NCBI GenBank assembly: GCA_037447605.1
Contig: CM074804.1
Coordinates: 7,789,909 to 7,853,908, forward strand
Reading direction: 5' to 3'
Origin: Zygnema circumcarinatum SAG 698-1b
Lineage: Eukaryota > Plantae > Zygnematophyceae
DNA length: 64,000 nt
The notes beneath the pieces were generated by a model that was not told where the DNA came from, made no database searches, and saw only the letters and a list, made by a program, of their open reading frames with translations. Below are positions 49,824-61,700 of the stretch, in pieces. Position 1 is the first letter of the stretch. The number at the start of each line of letters is the position of its first letter. The position numbers were made by a program, and so were the translations under genes.

Positions 49824-51648
49824 GACCCTGGCTGGTTTGTCCGAGCAGAGAACGGCGTAAGGTAGTGTCTAAAGGCGTCAGAGAGGGGGAGCTCCTGTCG
49901 GTTTGTCATTGCAGAGAGTATGTACCAGTCATGTCTGGGCATTGCAGAGAGTATATACCGGTCATGGCGGGGTATTGTACCAGTCATGGCCGGTATAGGA
50001 ATGTCAGCAAGGGGAGTACGACAACACTGAAGCTCGTAAAGGCAGCTGCCTGCTTCGCTCGCAGCGGTCTTGTAGTAGAGGGTCATTGTCGGAGAATGGA
50101 TTCCTTCATAAAGGTCTAATGTCACTCTATTTTTTTGAAGAAGGTCGTGTTCTACGTCTCGTGTTGTTCAGATGGAGAAGTCCAAACCTCTACCTTCTTG
50201 TAGGGCGTTTAATGGAAAGGGCTGGGTAAGCAGTGCTCATGATCTCACTGCCCCTGGACGTTTGCGTCTAAATGATTGTGCGTTGACTTACCTTGCAGCA
50301 ATGTAGTGACTGCAGGTGTCTGCACGTGTGCTGTCTGCCTGCCCTTTGCAACAGGGAACATTGCTCTGAATTCACTCCCTACTTTGTGAAGGTGAAAGTC
50401 TCGCGGTGTCGTTTGTTACTGAAGGAGAGAAAAGTTGACCTCCATGTCTTGACTCAGTGGAAAGGGGTGGTGTCTGTGTCTGCAAGTATGCCCCCCCCTC
50501 ATCCGTCAATTTTCCCCCTTTGTCTCAGCTTTGGTGAGCAGAGGGCGGAGCTTGGGCCCTTGTGACTGGGAGGTACATGGTGAAGCGCTACAGTACCCCC
50601 TCCTTGCTGTTCTAGAAAAGGCTGAAGGTGAGTGTAAAGCACACTGTGCAGTACAAAAGGATAAATGATGTTTTGGGTAAAGGAATAGGGTGTACCAGAC
50701 TTTTGAAGCTTTTTTCCGACAGCATCATGCGAAAATCTCATTTCTCTGGAGTCCGGCTTCAGCTCCAAACCTGCAGTTATTGAAAGTTTTTAATACACAA
50801 CGACAAGCCTCTGCGGAAGCACATTTTTGAATTCCCGGGGAGGTCTGAACCTGTCACGCGCAGTCTCCGACTTGAGTTGTGAAGTCTTGAGTCTATACCC
50901 CTTCGACATCTCAGACTTAAAAACCGTTCGATGCTTGCAAGTCTGACATACCCTAATAGGGTATGTCGTAATGAGTAAGGGCAAACAAAGGGAGGACAAA
51001 AGAAGACGTCATGTCTTGCTTGATGCAGAGTTCAACTAATAGCCTTCCTTTCGTTTGTAAACATTCGCGACCGGCTCCTCGTGGTTCCCTTGTTTTTGTA
51101 CGTGTCCATGCAGATCTGATGCCATTTTCGGGGAAGTGATGTGACATTGATCTCACGATGGCGATGATGTCATCAAATGTACATAGACAAAATCATCATG
51201 GGGAACTACGAGGAACTGGCCACAGAGGACATAAGCACAGGAGAAGAAAGCTAGGAGCTGAAAGCTACGCCTGGGCCCAACAACGCAGTGCATTTTAGGA
51301 AGTTGAAATTAGCATTGGTCTAAAGCAACTTCCCCAAATGACATTCATGTTCACGAACATCGATCGATCGATCGATCGATGCTGAGTATTTCCAAATATG
51401 AGCCACCAAATGTTCCTAAAATTCCGCGGCTGCGCGCGGTACGCGCACCACGCGGGACGGAACGGAGTGAGCGATCTGTGCTCTAAAACCCGCTTAACAG
51501 AACGGCGAGAAACATAGACATAGAAAGCGACTGGCCGTCCAGGCGTTGTGCTCGGTAGAGGTGAGGGGGAGGGTGGGAGGCCATGGCGGAAGGAATTTGA
51601 CAGTGAGGGAGGAGGAGGAAGGAGAGGAGAAAAGTTGTAGCTGAGGAA

Positions 51649-54264
51649 ATGACGCCCATGAAGACGCAGGTTTTGAAGGAGGCGCTGCTGGACTGCTTGC
51701 AGTGCCCGCTGTGCGGACGGCTCTGTCAGAAGGCGACAACCATTGTGGAATGTCTCCACACATGTGAGTGATGACTACTGGGATGTTAGCATGGGAAAAG
51801 GGCTGCAGGGTCAGGTTCGAGCGGGAGAGTGTTGGTTCAGCCAGATCATTCCTGAAAATGTTGAAAGTTCAAGGACGAGTTTGAAGCAGACCGGCATATA
51901 TCCAAACAACCATTGGAGATATTGATCAGAAGTGAAGTGTATTCCAAAAGGATTAGAATTGAATTTCCATACGGCTTCATTCGCATTGTGCACGTCGCCT
52001 CCTCTCCACTATTGCACTCTACCATGTCAGATGACGAATGCGAATTTTATCACGAAAAAAGAACAGCTGTCGTGAAAAAGGAAATATCGCAGAGTAGAAG
52101 TTATTGCGCTCATTTTATCATTCGTCAAGTCACCAGACTGGGAGCCTAATGGCCTTTGATTCCTGTTGTAGTATGACTGTTTGCCGTTGGCTTTGCGACT
52201 ATAGCTAGTGTATGATTAAAGATATAGGAATTTAGAATATGCTAACGAAGCTACAGCGATGTATCGTAGATCACACACAGCGCGGTATGGGAGTACTACT
52301 CGATTAATTAATATTCGATTTAGCCGCTAGTTTCGTCGTCAGTTCCTTGTTACTTGGAGACAATTCGATTGCAACAATTTTGTTGGCCTTTATAAGGTTC
52401 GCATGTGTGGAACGTCATACGGTTCGTGCAATTTTTTGTCTTAAGAAATCCGAATCATTTTATTGTGAAGTTTCGTTCTTGTGATTCACAGTCTGCCATC
52501 GATGTATCACAAAGAGGTTGAAGGACGGCCAGGAGAATTTTTGTCCTGAGTGCGATGTCAGTTTAGGCCATCGACCTTTCGAGATGCTCAGGTATGGTCT
52601 CATGTTGTTTGAATTCTTGGAGCTTTGAATTATTAGTCAATTCTCACTTTCAGTCACTGGAGAAAATATAATATCCATTATTAGGACCATCAATGATTGC
52701 AAACACTTTGTTGCAGTTCTCTTTTGTCTATAGTTCACCTGTTGTTTGTCTAGCAGCTTTTTTTTCCCCGGTATGTCTTATTCAGTGCTTCTACATCTTC
52801 GCCAGTCTGTAGGAATTGTTGAGGTTTGATGAGCCACTCCGCTGCCAATGGATGCAGACTCGACCGCCAAATTGGAGCCATTCGAATGAAACTGTTCTCT
52901 GATAAGCTTCAAGAGGCAGAGTCTTGCCGAGTGGGAAGTGGCAAATTCAGGTCCGGCATTCATCGGAGTGTTTATCGCCCCGCTTTTTGCCAGCACGAGA
53001 ATAGAGATTGCGATGGAACTGTTTGGCTTGGCGCCCTGAGCTTATTCTAATGCCAAGTAACCATTAGCTTCATCCTTTCTTATTTTCGTCACTATTCTGT
53101 TGGCTCACTTCAATATTTCCTTTTTTGAAGATAGCTTCGCCTAACTGTTTGTATAGGAGGGGAAAATGCTTATCTCTGACAATACAGTTTCCATCTGCAG
53201 AAGTGCCGACAACCTGGATCAGTCAGACTCAGATTTGGAACAGGAGCTCCATTCCTCTAAGGTGAGCTCCGCCTATTCAGCTTGACAAGGATACTAAAGC
53301 TAGTATCGTTGGAATCAGTGGCACGGTTTGTTGACTGAAGTCACTTGTCCATTCTTCTAAACTCTACCATTATGTTGCTTCTGTGTCCTTACTGCTTATG
53401 CCTTTACATTTCTCTGGTGTTCCAATATTTCAGAAGAAACTAAGGTGAGAGTTAGAGGCAAATCCTGGGACATATTTTGGCGCCTACTCCATCACAGTAG
53501 TGTTGGTAAAGGAAGTCTGCTAACGGACTGGCGATCATTTTGTACTTGCCGTCTGCTTGATGCAGTTTGGAACGAAAAAAGTTGTATTTCTGGTCGAGGT
53601 GAGACCAACACGGAAGTGTGTCTACTTTTTTGTGACTTAAGATTACTTTTCAATACGTGTGCAGATGCAGATTGCAGAGTTAGAAGCCGCTTTGCAAGCG
53701 GAACGGCACTGGCGAATTTCTGCAGAAATGGCAGTTGGATCCCTGGAACACTTCTGGACGAAAAGTTGTGAGCTCTTTCACAAGCTTGTCGCAAATTCTA
53801 GGTATGCCAAGGGGTTTATTAGTGAGGCAAAATCTACAGCGCAAGGTGTTATAGACGACTTAGATATGCAGGAAAACCAGTCAAATAGTGTTCAGAAACT
53901 TAAGAACGTACAAATTCTTCTGGAGAAAGTGGATTGCGTCGGCTCATCAAGCCATTTTGGGTCAGTGGAAGAGATCATAAATGCATTTACTTTCCTTCAA
54001 CAGCAGCAGCGGCAGCAGCAGCAACGCCAACAGGAACAGACTGGCAACGGAGGGCATAGAGATTCAAAGGTAGTTCGAGTGAAGAGAAACTCCAGGGAAC
54101 CTGATCCAGCTAGATACCGAGCTGAAGCTAGGTCATTGTTAAAGCGGCAAAAAGTATTAGACATGAAGGAATTGAGCCAACGCACAAGTGTGCTGGAAAA
54201 GAGAACTCTTTGTGGCAAAGTCCAGAGGTGTCCTAGCAGAAGACGAAGCCCCATTTCTGAGTGA
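51649..54264 (+). CDS. C3HC4 RING protein of DRIP1/2-BMI1 (PCGF) type fused to a coiled-coil/polyQ C-terminus, ~320 aa
   Basis: Exons 51649-51763, 52492-52591, 52858-52950, 53201-53261, 53665-54264 give CLQCPLCGRLCQKATTIVECLHT|FCHRCITKRLKDGQENFCPECDVSLGHRPFEMLR|LDRQIGAIRMKLF, the PCGF/DRIP RING plus its LR-x-D-xx-(L/I) helix. Confidence 0.8.
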
Positions 54265-54910
54265 ACATCTGTCATCCCTGTCATCCTCTCCTATTCCCTT
54301 GAGCCTCCGTGGAACATTTCGAGGGGTAAAACTGCATGACTCGCGTCCTCATCGTTCATCACAATTCCTTCAGTCCGACTGCCAATGAGCGAAAAGGGCT
54401 CTCAAGGGTTTCCTATGAAACGAGGTGGGTGCTCGGTGAGGACGAGGTTCCATCTTCGACGTGTAGTTTAAATCCGTGCCTGACCTTTCTTCACATCCGC
54501 CATTCGCTCCATCTTTGTTCTTTCCTAACTGTCGCTTAGGCAGAGTATTATCTTCTAGAGACTGTCGATGTGTTTAGAAGATCTCTTCTGGAGAAAGCTC
54601 AGTGCCAACTTGTTCATATGACTCAAAGCTGAATCAACCCGTTCGTCCCAAGTCCATCTACCAAGCGATTTGAGTTTGTGAGTGAACCACTCGGAGGCTG
54701 TTGAGGACCCGAACATGTAAAGTGAAATCCAACCAAACATTGCATCCAAAATCCCAACAAAATAGGCACCCAAATGGCATTCAACAATTTGGAAACTGCC
54801 AGGAAGCAGCAGCACAACAGAAGTGTAGGTTCCATTTAACGCCTCAAGGTACTTCCGTGGTCAACAAAGAACACAGAACATGGAACCGCTAATCTGAACC
54901 ACTTTACAAT

Positions 54911-55771
54911 TTACTTCGGCGGAGGCAGCGCCTTGCTCCGCGAAACACCTATCTCGTAGGCGTTCACTTTGGCGGCACAACCGAAGGGCGCTCACCGACT
55001 TGTGGAAGGACTTCTTGGTCGGTGCAACGTTGACAAACATTAAGAGCTTGGCTCCCCCTCCAAAGCACCGCTGCCGAATGCACAGAAAACAAAAAAAAGT
55101 TTTAGCAACAATCTTCTGAGCTCTCAAGCACAAGCATCCCTTGTTATTTAAAAAGCGAAAGGGGTGAAGGAAATTCGCACCTAAACTTTTTTCAGCCTTC
55201 TTTTCAGCTTGGCCGTGGGCCAGGTGTGACAGGGGTGCCACCCTCCGCCGCGCCCTCCTCTTCGACGGACAAGGGGCGTCCCCGGCAAAAGATACGAATA
55301 TCGCCCCCCAGGTCCAATATTTGTTGTTCGCCTTCCAATATTTTTTGCTTGCCTTCCAATATTTTTTGTTCGCCTTCCAATATTTTTTGTTCGCCTTCCA
55401 ATATTTGTTGCCTACCGCGAAGCATTGTATTCTCACCGTGAAGCATCTGACACACCGCATTATTAGATGGCTCTTCAGCATTAAGGAATGCGATATTGCA
55501 CACGCGTCAAACTTGCAGCGCGCGCTTGGCTCTCTGGACTAACCTCACGCAAATCTTGCACTAAGGAAAAATCAAAACTCACCGCACTCGAACGGCTCGC
55601 CACATCAGCCGGCCCAGCGCCAGCCTCGTTCTCACGACGCTTACATTTGTCCGCGTTGCAATTACAATTGGCGGTGCAATTTACTCCTCTCTCCCTACAA
55701 GCGCAAGTACGTTCACACTTTTTATCCTTGCTGCACAGACATCCTCCCGCTTCATTCGTAATCTCAGGCAT
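54911..55771 (-). pseudogene. Chimeric CXC-domain / coiled-coil / kinesin-14 remnant lacking almost the whole motor domain
   Basis: Exon 55771-55544 encodes a 9-Cys CXC. Exon 55446-55204 encodes heptad repeats plus DLGGDIRIFCRGRPL (kinesin-14 neck/beta1) and then stops. Exon 55070-54911 reads RCFGGGAKLLMFVNVAP...SVSALR, then after a 1-nt frameshift AAKVNAYEIGV...* (ATK1/KIFC1-type motor C-end). Confidence 0.85.
55314..55410 (-). repeat. 21-bp coding tandem repeat (4+ copies) encoding ILEG(E/K)Q(K/Q) heptads
   Basis: On the + strand, ttcgccttccaatattttttg is repeated; each unit encodes one coiled-coil heptad on the - strand. Confidence 0.9.
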
Positions 55772-55800
55772 ATTGAATACACAGGGCGCTGTCAAGGCGG

Positions 55801-55839
<39 letters not shown>

Positions 55840-56221
55840 GGCGGGCGGAAGCAGGGCCCAAATTCCGAGTGCCTGCCCGGGCGGCCCCTCCAAGGGATTT
55901 TTTTTACCGTCTGGCTGTGCAGGTCCAAAACCCCGCCCGCCGGCAAATATTGGGCTTGAACACGACGATGTGGGCCGTCCGATCTGGAGGGCTTTGAGAT
56001 TCACAAATTCCACTCGACACGTGGCAGCAAGCTGTGAGATGTGCGCACGCATGTGTGCCTCCACGAGAACATACTTTTAGTTGACTCGACGGGGGAGAAG
56101 GGAGGGGGCTCCCGGGCCGCGGCAACGCTTCAATTTTTACCTGAACGCGGCCGCAAACATTTTTCAACCGACGCGAGCGAACAAACACATTTCATGGCAT
56201 CGGCCGGCTTTTTACCCATTA

Positions 56222-56760
56222 CAGTGGGGGGTCCTCGTATTTACCACCCCAAGGAGTGCGTCCTCAATATTTTCGCCCCAATTTTGCCGAAACCACTTTT
56301 TTGTACGGTAACTTGTGTTAGCCGTACTGTTCGTACTGTTCGTACTGTTCGTACTGCCCGTACTGTCCTTATTATCTGTACTAGCCGTTACGGGCTTACG
56401 CAAAACGCACCTAATCTCCCCGCTCGTGCCGCCGTAAGAGGCGCTCGCTCCTCTCCCCGACTTCTTGACTTAGATACGATACGGTACGATACGATACGGT
56501 CAATACGATACGAAACTCCCCGATGGATAACGACAGTATGTACGACAGTATATGCGTCACGATATGTCACGATACGATACGATGCTAAATGATACAGTAC
56601 GATATGGTACGATATGGTACGGTACGATACGTACGGTTCAACATGAACTTTAACATAATACCGCCCGTCTATTCGTAACACGAACCTTATATATGCAAAT
56701 TTAATATTTTCGCCTCATTTTGCCCGGAACCAGGGTGGAAAATATGAGGACCCCCTACTG
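56222..56760. mobile_element. 539-bp Tc1/mariner-type MITE (family C)
   Basis: 28-bp TIR cagtggggggtcctcgtatttaccaccc vs the reverse complement of gggtggaaaatatgaggaccccctactg (3 mismatches). CAGT termini; TA on both sides (56220-21, 56761-62). Internal (tacga/tacgg)n tracts. Confidence 0.88.
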
Positions 56761-56813
56761 TAGGGGGGGTCAGACATTGACCATGACCGTACTAAATTTC
56801 CGAATTTAGTATA

Positions 56814-58171
56814 CAGTCAACAGTCCTCATATTTTCGCCATGGTTTTGGCAATTATGAGGCGAAAATATTGGTTTTTGCAAATAGAAGGTTCGTGTTACC
56901 AATAGACGGGCGGTATTGTTAGAGTTCATGTTGGACCGTCCGTATCGTACCGTACCTTATCGTACCGTATCGTACCGAGTCGTTTAGTATCGTATCGTAT
57001 CGTGTTGTATCGAAGCCAAGAAGGAGGAAAGACGAGCGAGCGCCTCTTACGGCGGCACGTGCGGGAAGATTCGGTGAGTTTTGCTGAATCCCGTAACGGC
57101 TAGTACAGCAAGTACGGCTAGTACGTCTAGTACGGTTTTTAGGGTTTTGTAGCACAAGATAAGTGGGGTTAAACAAAGACTGCTGAGCTAGCTGCAGGTG
57201 CTGTACGGCCACTCGCGCGTCCGTGCTGAAACTGACGTAGGGTTGGGGTGGTGCTGTGGGTCTGCCTGCAGCATAGAGCTAGGATCCGGGGGATTCAGAG
57301 GTATGCGCAGCGGAAGACGTAGGGATTCTGAAGACGTTCCCACCGGCGGCTGGACTTGATGCGCAAAGAGCCCTTCCTTGGGGACCCTCCTCCCCTGTCC
57401 TCTCCTCGGCTAGTCTCTTAGCTAGGCTTCTAGTGATCATTGGTCATTGAGAGTAATGCAAGGCAAGATAGAGCAAGATAGGGGCTTGGCATAGTGGCAG
57501 CAGAGGGAAAACAGGACACAACTTAGATAAAGGTGGTATTTTGGAAACCCACCCCAGCCAACGGTTGGCTGGGGAATGTCATTACAATGAAATTGTCTTC
57601 TCACTGAAATCTTTGTCTAACTGGGCTGAATGGGACGTCTAAATGCTATCAGCAAGAAGACTCTTTCTCTCTCTCTCTCTCTNNNNNNNNNNAAGCATCA
57701 CTGACATCCCATCTACTTAACACTGACAATAGATCTTGAGTCTTAGCAGTGGCAGTCTCTGATTGGCCAACTGCCCACTGAGAGGCCTGACTGACTACGT
57801 GGAGCCTTCGGATAGGTCAACGAATGATAATCGGCGGCCTTAGGCGGTGTTCCCGAGTGCGCCTTGCTGGATAGTGTGCCGTTCCGTGGACCGCCAACGC
57901 ATGGCGCCGCCTTCTCTTAATCTCCGTTGGCAGCTCCTGGATTCCGTTGATCCGCGACACGGAAGAGGCCTATGTCAAGTACAACTGAACGGACGCGGAT
58001 CCGCCGAACGCAGCTCCGTTACGCTACAGTTTCTAGGGTTTTAGGGGTACGGATAGTACGGATACTACGGCTAACACAGAGTTACCGTACAAAAAGGTGG
58101 TTTCGGCAAAATCGGGGCGAATTTCTTGGGGACGCACTGTACAGGGTGGAAAATATGAGGACTGCTGACTG
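56814..58171. mobile_element. ~1.36-kb Tc1/mariner-type non-autonomous element (inverted family-C relative with a ~0.9-kb internal insert)
   Basis: TIR cagtca(a/g)cagtcctcatattttc at both ends; TA TSD at 56812-13 and 58172-73. Its arms are reverse complements of the family-C element at 56222-56760. It contains an assembly gap, so its length is uncertain. Confidence 0.85.
57683..57692. other. Assembly gap (10 N) after a (CT)n run
   Basis: Run of N characters in the sequence. Confidence 1.
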
Positions 58172-58770
58172 TACTAAAAGTCAAAGTTTCGTGTACGAAT
58201 TCCGAATCGGGATCCGCGGCTTCGCCGGCCCCAGCCGTACCAAAATACGTACCTAGCCAAGGTCCTGGTTAATTCGCCCGACAGTCTTACTAAAATTGAT
58301 TTGGCCATGGTCCCCTGCGTTCTAATTGCCATCCCTAGTCATAAATACATGATGCGCTGGATACTTCACGGCACATCGAACTGGTCAATACATCGCCAAA
58401 TATTTCCACACGATATGCCATTAAATATCGCCACTTCTGAATCCGGTCGAATATCGTATCGAGATATTTCTCTCATGATACTCGATACGATACCCTGTTT
58501 GTGGATACTGTACAGTATGGAGATACCATACGGACGGTACGGTACGGTCGTTCTTATCGCCGTGATTGGCTGGACCAGTACGGTACGCAGGGCGGCATTT
58601 TTAGGGTTGGAAGCCCTGACGCTCTGCAGTTGCAGGTGCAAGAGTTACTACGGTAGCAGCAGAAATTTGAGGGCGAGGGGGAAAGGAGTGCAGGAGCGGA
58701 GGCTGAGGGAGGGAGGGAGGGAGGGAGGGGGAGGGAGAGCAGACTGTCATGCTGATGCTCACACGAAGGC

Positions 58771-61700
58771 ATGGAGAGCCTGGCGCAACTCGAGACTCTT
58801 TGTGAAAGGCTGTACAACTCACGAGATCCTGCGGAACGCTCACACGCCGAGCAGACTCTGCAGTGCTTTTCAGTGAACATCGATTACATTTCGCAGTGCC
58901 AGTACATACTTGACAACTCCACTTCACCTTATGCCCAGCATTTGGCAAGTTCAAGTCTTGTGAAGCAAGTCAGCGAGCATACTTTGGCTGTACAACTACG
59001 TCTGGATATAAGTAAGTGGTTTCGGACAACCGTTGGTCCACTCTCTTCTGCTTGCTCAAATCAATGTTCGGGAATGGAGTCTCAGTGGGGCATTGCAGCA
59101 AGCTGGCTCGAGGATTACTAGTTCTTATGCCAAAGAGTCTATTCTCCCTTTCCTCAGTTACATCAAAGAGATGAAGAAGCGTCTGCATTCTGCAGGAAAT
59201 TACGTAATCGCCTTTCTTGCAAAGAAGGGCCCGGAGACACAGCCATTTGTCACCTCTTCGTTGATCCAGTTGCTCTGCCGTGTTACCAAGCTAGGATGGT
59301 ACGACGACGACCGCTTCAGAGATGTCGTGAAGGAGTCTATGAACTTTCTCACACAGGTATGGTTAGAATTAAGTACGGGCAGAAGAGTATTGCGCCAAGT
59401 GGAGTATAGAGATGAGCTGTTAACACGGCCTTCTTGTTCCACGTCAATTTGTTGAATATATGGCATTTTATCAGATAGTTATCAGATATAGGTATTGAGA
59501 TTGAGCAATAGTCGTAACTTTTCCTTTCCTTGAGCAAAACATTACCTTAAGAAGTCTAAAGTATATTGGAAATCCTTTGCAGCATCTCCTCTTTATTTAC
59601 ACAATTGTATTGCAAGTCAAGCTGAACTTTCAAGATGCAAGCTCAATGGAGAACCTTGATTAAGAAATTTCAGCATTAACTTGATCCCACTCATCGGCAG
59701 CCACTTGGTGATGCTTTATAAACATTCAAAGCTTTAGGGATATCTTGTTATAGTGCCAACATTCAACTCTTTGTTGGTTTAAGTCCAACCACACGTTTTT
59801 GGCGTACAGGCAACTGTGGAGCACTTCTATATTGGCTTAAAAATTCTCAACCAGCTGGTGGCGGAAATGAATCAGGCAGGTCTAACCTTATGGCCACACA
59901 AGTGACTTCAAACCCCTGACTTCCTAAATGGGTTGAGGACACACTGTATACCTGATCAGCAGATCTCGTGTCTTCCAGATAGTTTATATCTGGACGTCGT
60001 GGCCATGCTCGTTTTAGTCGTAAACACCATTTGATCGGAGAGTGGCAACCAAGAATTTTCATGCAATATCCTAAGTCATTTTTTACCTTTTGCTTGCAGG
60101 CCAACCCAGGACGCTCTTTGACACATCACAGAAAGACTGCCTGTTCCTTTCGTGACCTATCTTTGTTTCAAATTTTTCAAATTTCCTTGACATCCCTAAG
60201 GCAGCTTCAGACTGATGGTCAGTGATTCATCTATGCATGCGCATGTAGGGCTGGTTGCTGGTAGTGATGTAGTCAACTATCTCCTTTCATGGTTGATGAG
60301 TTTAGTGGCAAGCAAATGCAGTTCATGCGCAACTGTATGACCTAGGATATACTAGTTTCCTTTGTATTGTAAAGTATACATATCTGAAGTTGAGATAGAT
60401 TTGACTTCGTTTAGATTTGACTTTGTTCCTTTGTTTTATGACAGCTGATGATAGGTTGCGCGAGCAAGCCGTTGTCCTCGCTCTTAAATGCCTCTCCTTC
60501 GATTTTGTGGGCACATCTTTGGACGAAAGCTCCGAAGATCTGGGAACTATCCAGGTTCATACTCACGTGCCCCCTTTTAATGACATGAAGGCAAATCAAT
60601 CAATAATTGTCAATCATCACTCGGTTGGTTTCTTTGAGCCAGCCAAGTCGGTTTTGTTATTGCAGTTGGTGGAATTGTGATCTAGCTAGTTCTTGTTCTT
60701 GTGATTCACAAGATACTGGAACTAAAACCGTGACAGCAACTCTTATTGTTTCCAGATTCCATCTTCTTGGAGGCCCCTTTTGGAAGATTCTGCGACTATG
60801 CAGTTGTTTTTTGACTATTACGCCAAAACTAAGCCACCCTTGTCAAATCAGGTAAGTTTCTTTTTATTGCTAATGATGCTTATAGGAATGCGGTTGAAAC
60901 TCCTTCATGGTGACATTACCTGGATTTCTATGCTGATATTCTTCCTATCTAATCTGTCTTGCAAGTATACTACATAGGTATAACTTTTGCAATGAGTTAC
61001 GACTTGCTTTATATGCATGGCTAGGATTGGAGAAAGTCATGTTTCATTTTTTTTTTATTCACTATCTAGATCCTCGGTATGACAAAGCCTTGATATAGTT
61101 GAACTGTCCTGTGAGCTTTATTTGTTGTTCCATAATGCTCGCACTGTTGCAATCATCTGTAGATCATACAGTATAGGTATCTTCATTTTATTAGGAGTGT
61201 ATCAAGGCTATAATTGTGGATAGGAAATTTAAAACTGATTTGTTTGACAATAAAAAAATGGTGAAAATGATTCATTATCGCAATGCAGTGATTTTCTCAG
61301 TCCATAAGCTATTTCTGTGTTATGAATACTTCTTGGGTAACCTGCTGAGATGTAATTGATGGAGGTACAGTAGTTGTTGCTAAATTTTGGCTCTGCTCAA
61401 TTTTATCGTTAATAAAGTCATTGCCGGAATAATTCCAGTGGGTTTACCTTCTGAGTGCAGGCGTTAGAGTGCCTCGTGCGCCTTGCATCTGTCAGAAGGT
61501 CATTGTTTTCTGGAGAAGCGGAGCGCTTGAAATTTTTGGGTCATCTTATGAGTGGAACGAGAGAAATTCTTCGCACCCAGCAAGGTGAGTTGAGGATGAG
61601 CTTGTTGACAGGCTGGGAAATTGCTCTCAGTTTACTCATCATTGGTTGGTCTTCCAGAACGTTGTGGAATGAAGATATCGCCTGGAGCATTGCTGGTGAT

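Larger units (their letters stand above)
56763..58310. mobile_element. Family-A MITE copy split by a nested insertion (pieces 56763-56813 and 58174-58310)
   Basis: The left piece ggggggg-tcagacattgaccat...ccgaatt and the right piece ctaaaagtcaaagtttcgtgtacgaattcc...gggatccgcggc...aattcgcccga...aattgattt join to reproduce the left and middle parts of the intact element at 8563-8842. The right end is truncated. Confidence 0.85.

Noticed and set aside
50470-51160. Possible small minus-strand gene divergent from the RING gene
   Set aside because: Some splice-like sites exist, but I found no convincing start or recognisable product.
53434-53444. 11-nt micro-exon (cag|AAGAAACTAAG|gtgag) in the RING gene
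   Set aside because: Inclusion shifts the frame; the flanking exons join in phase without it.
57552-57574. Helitron 3' hairpin
   Set aside because: No CTRR terminus at the expected distance on either strand.
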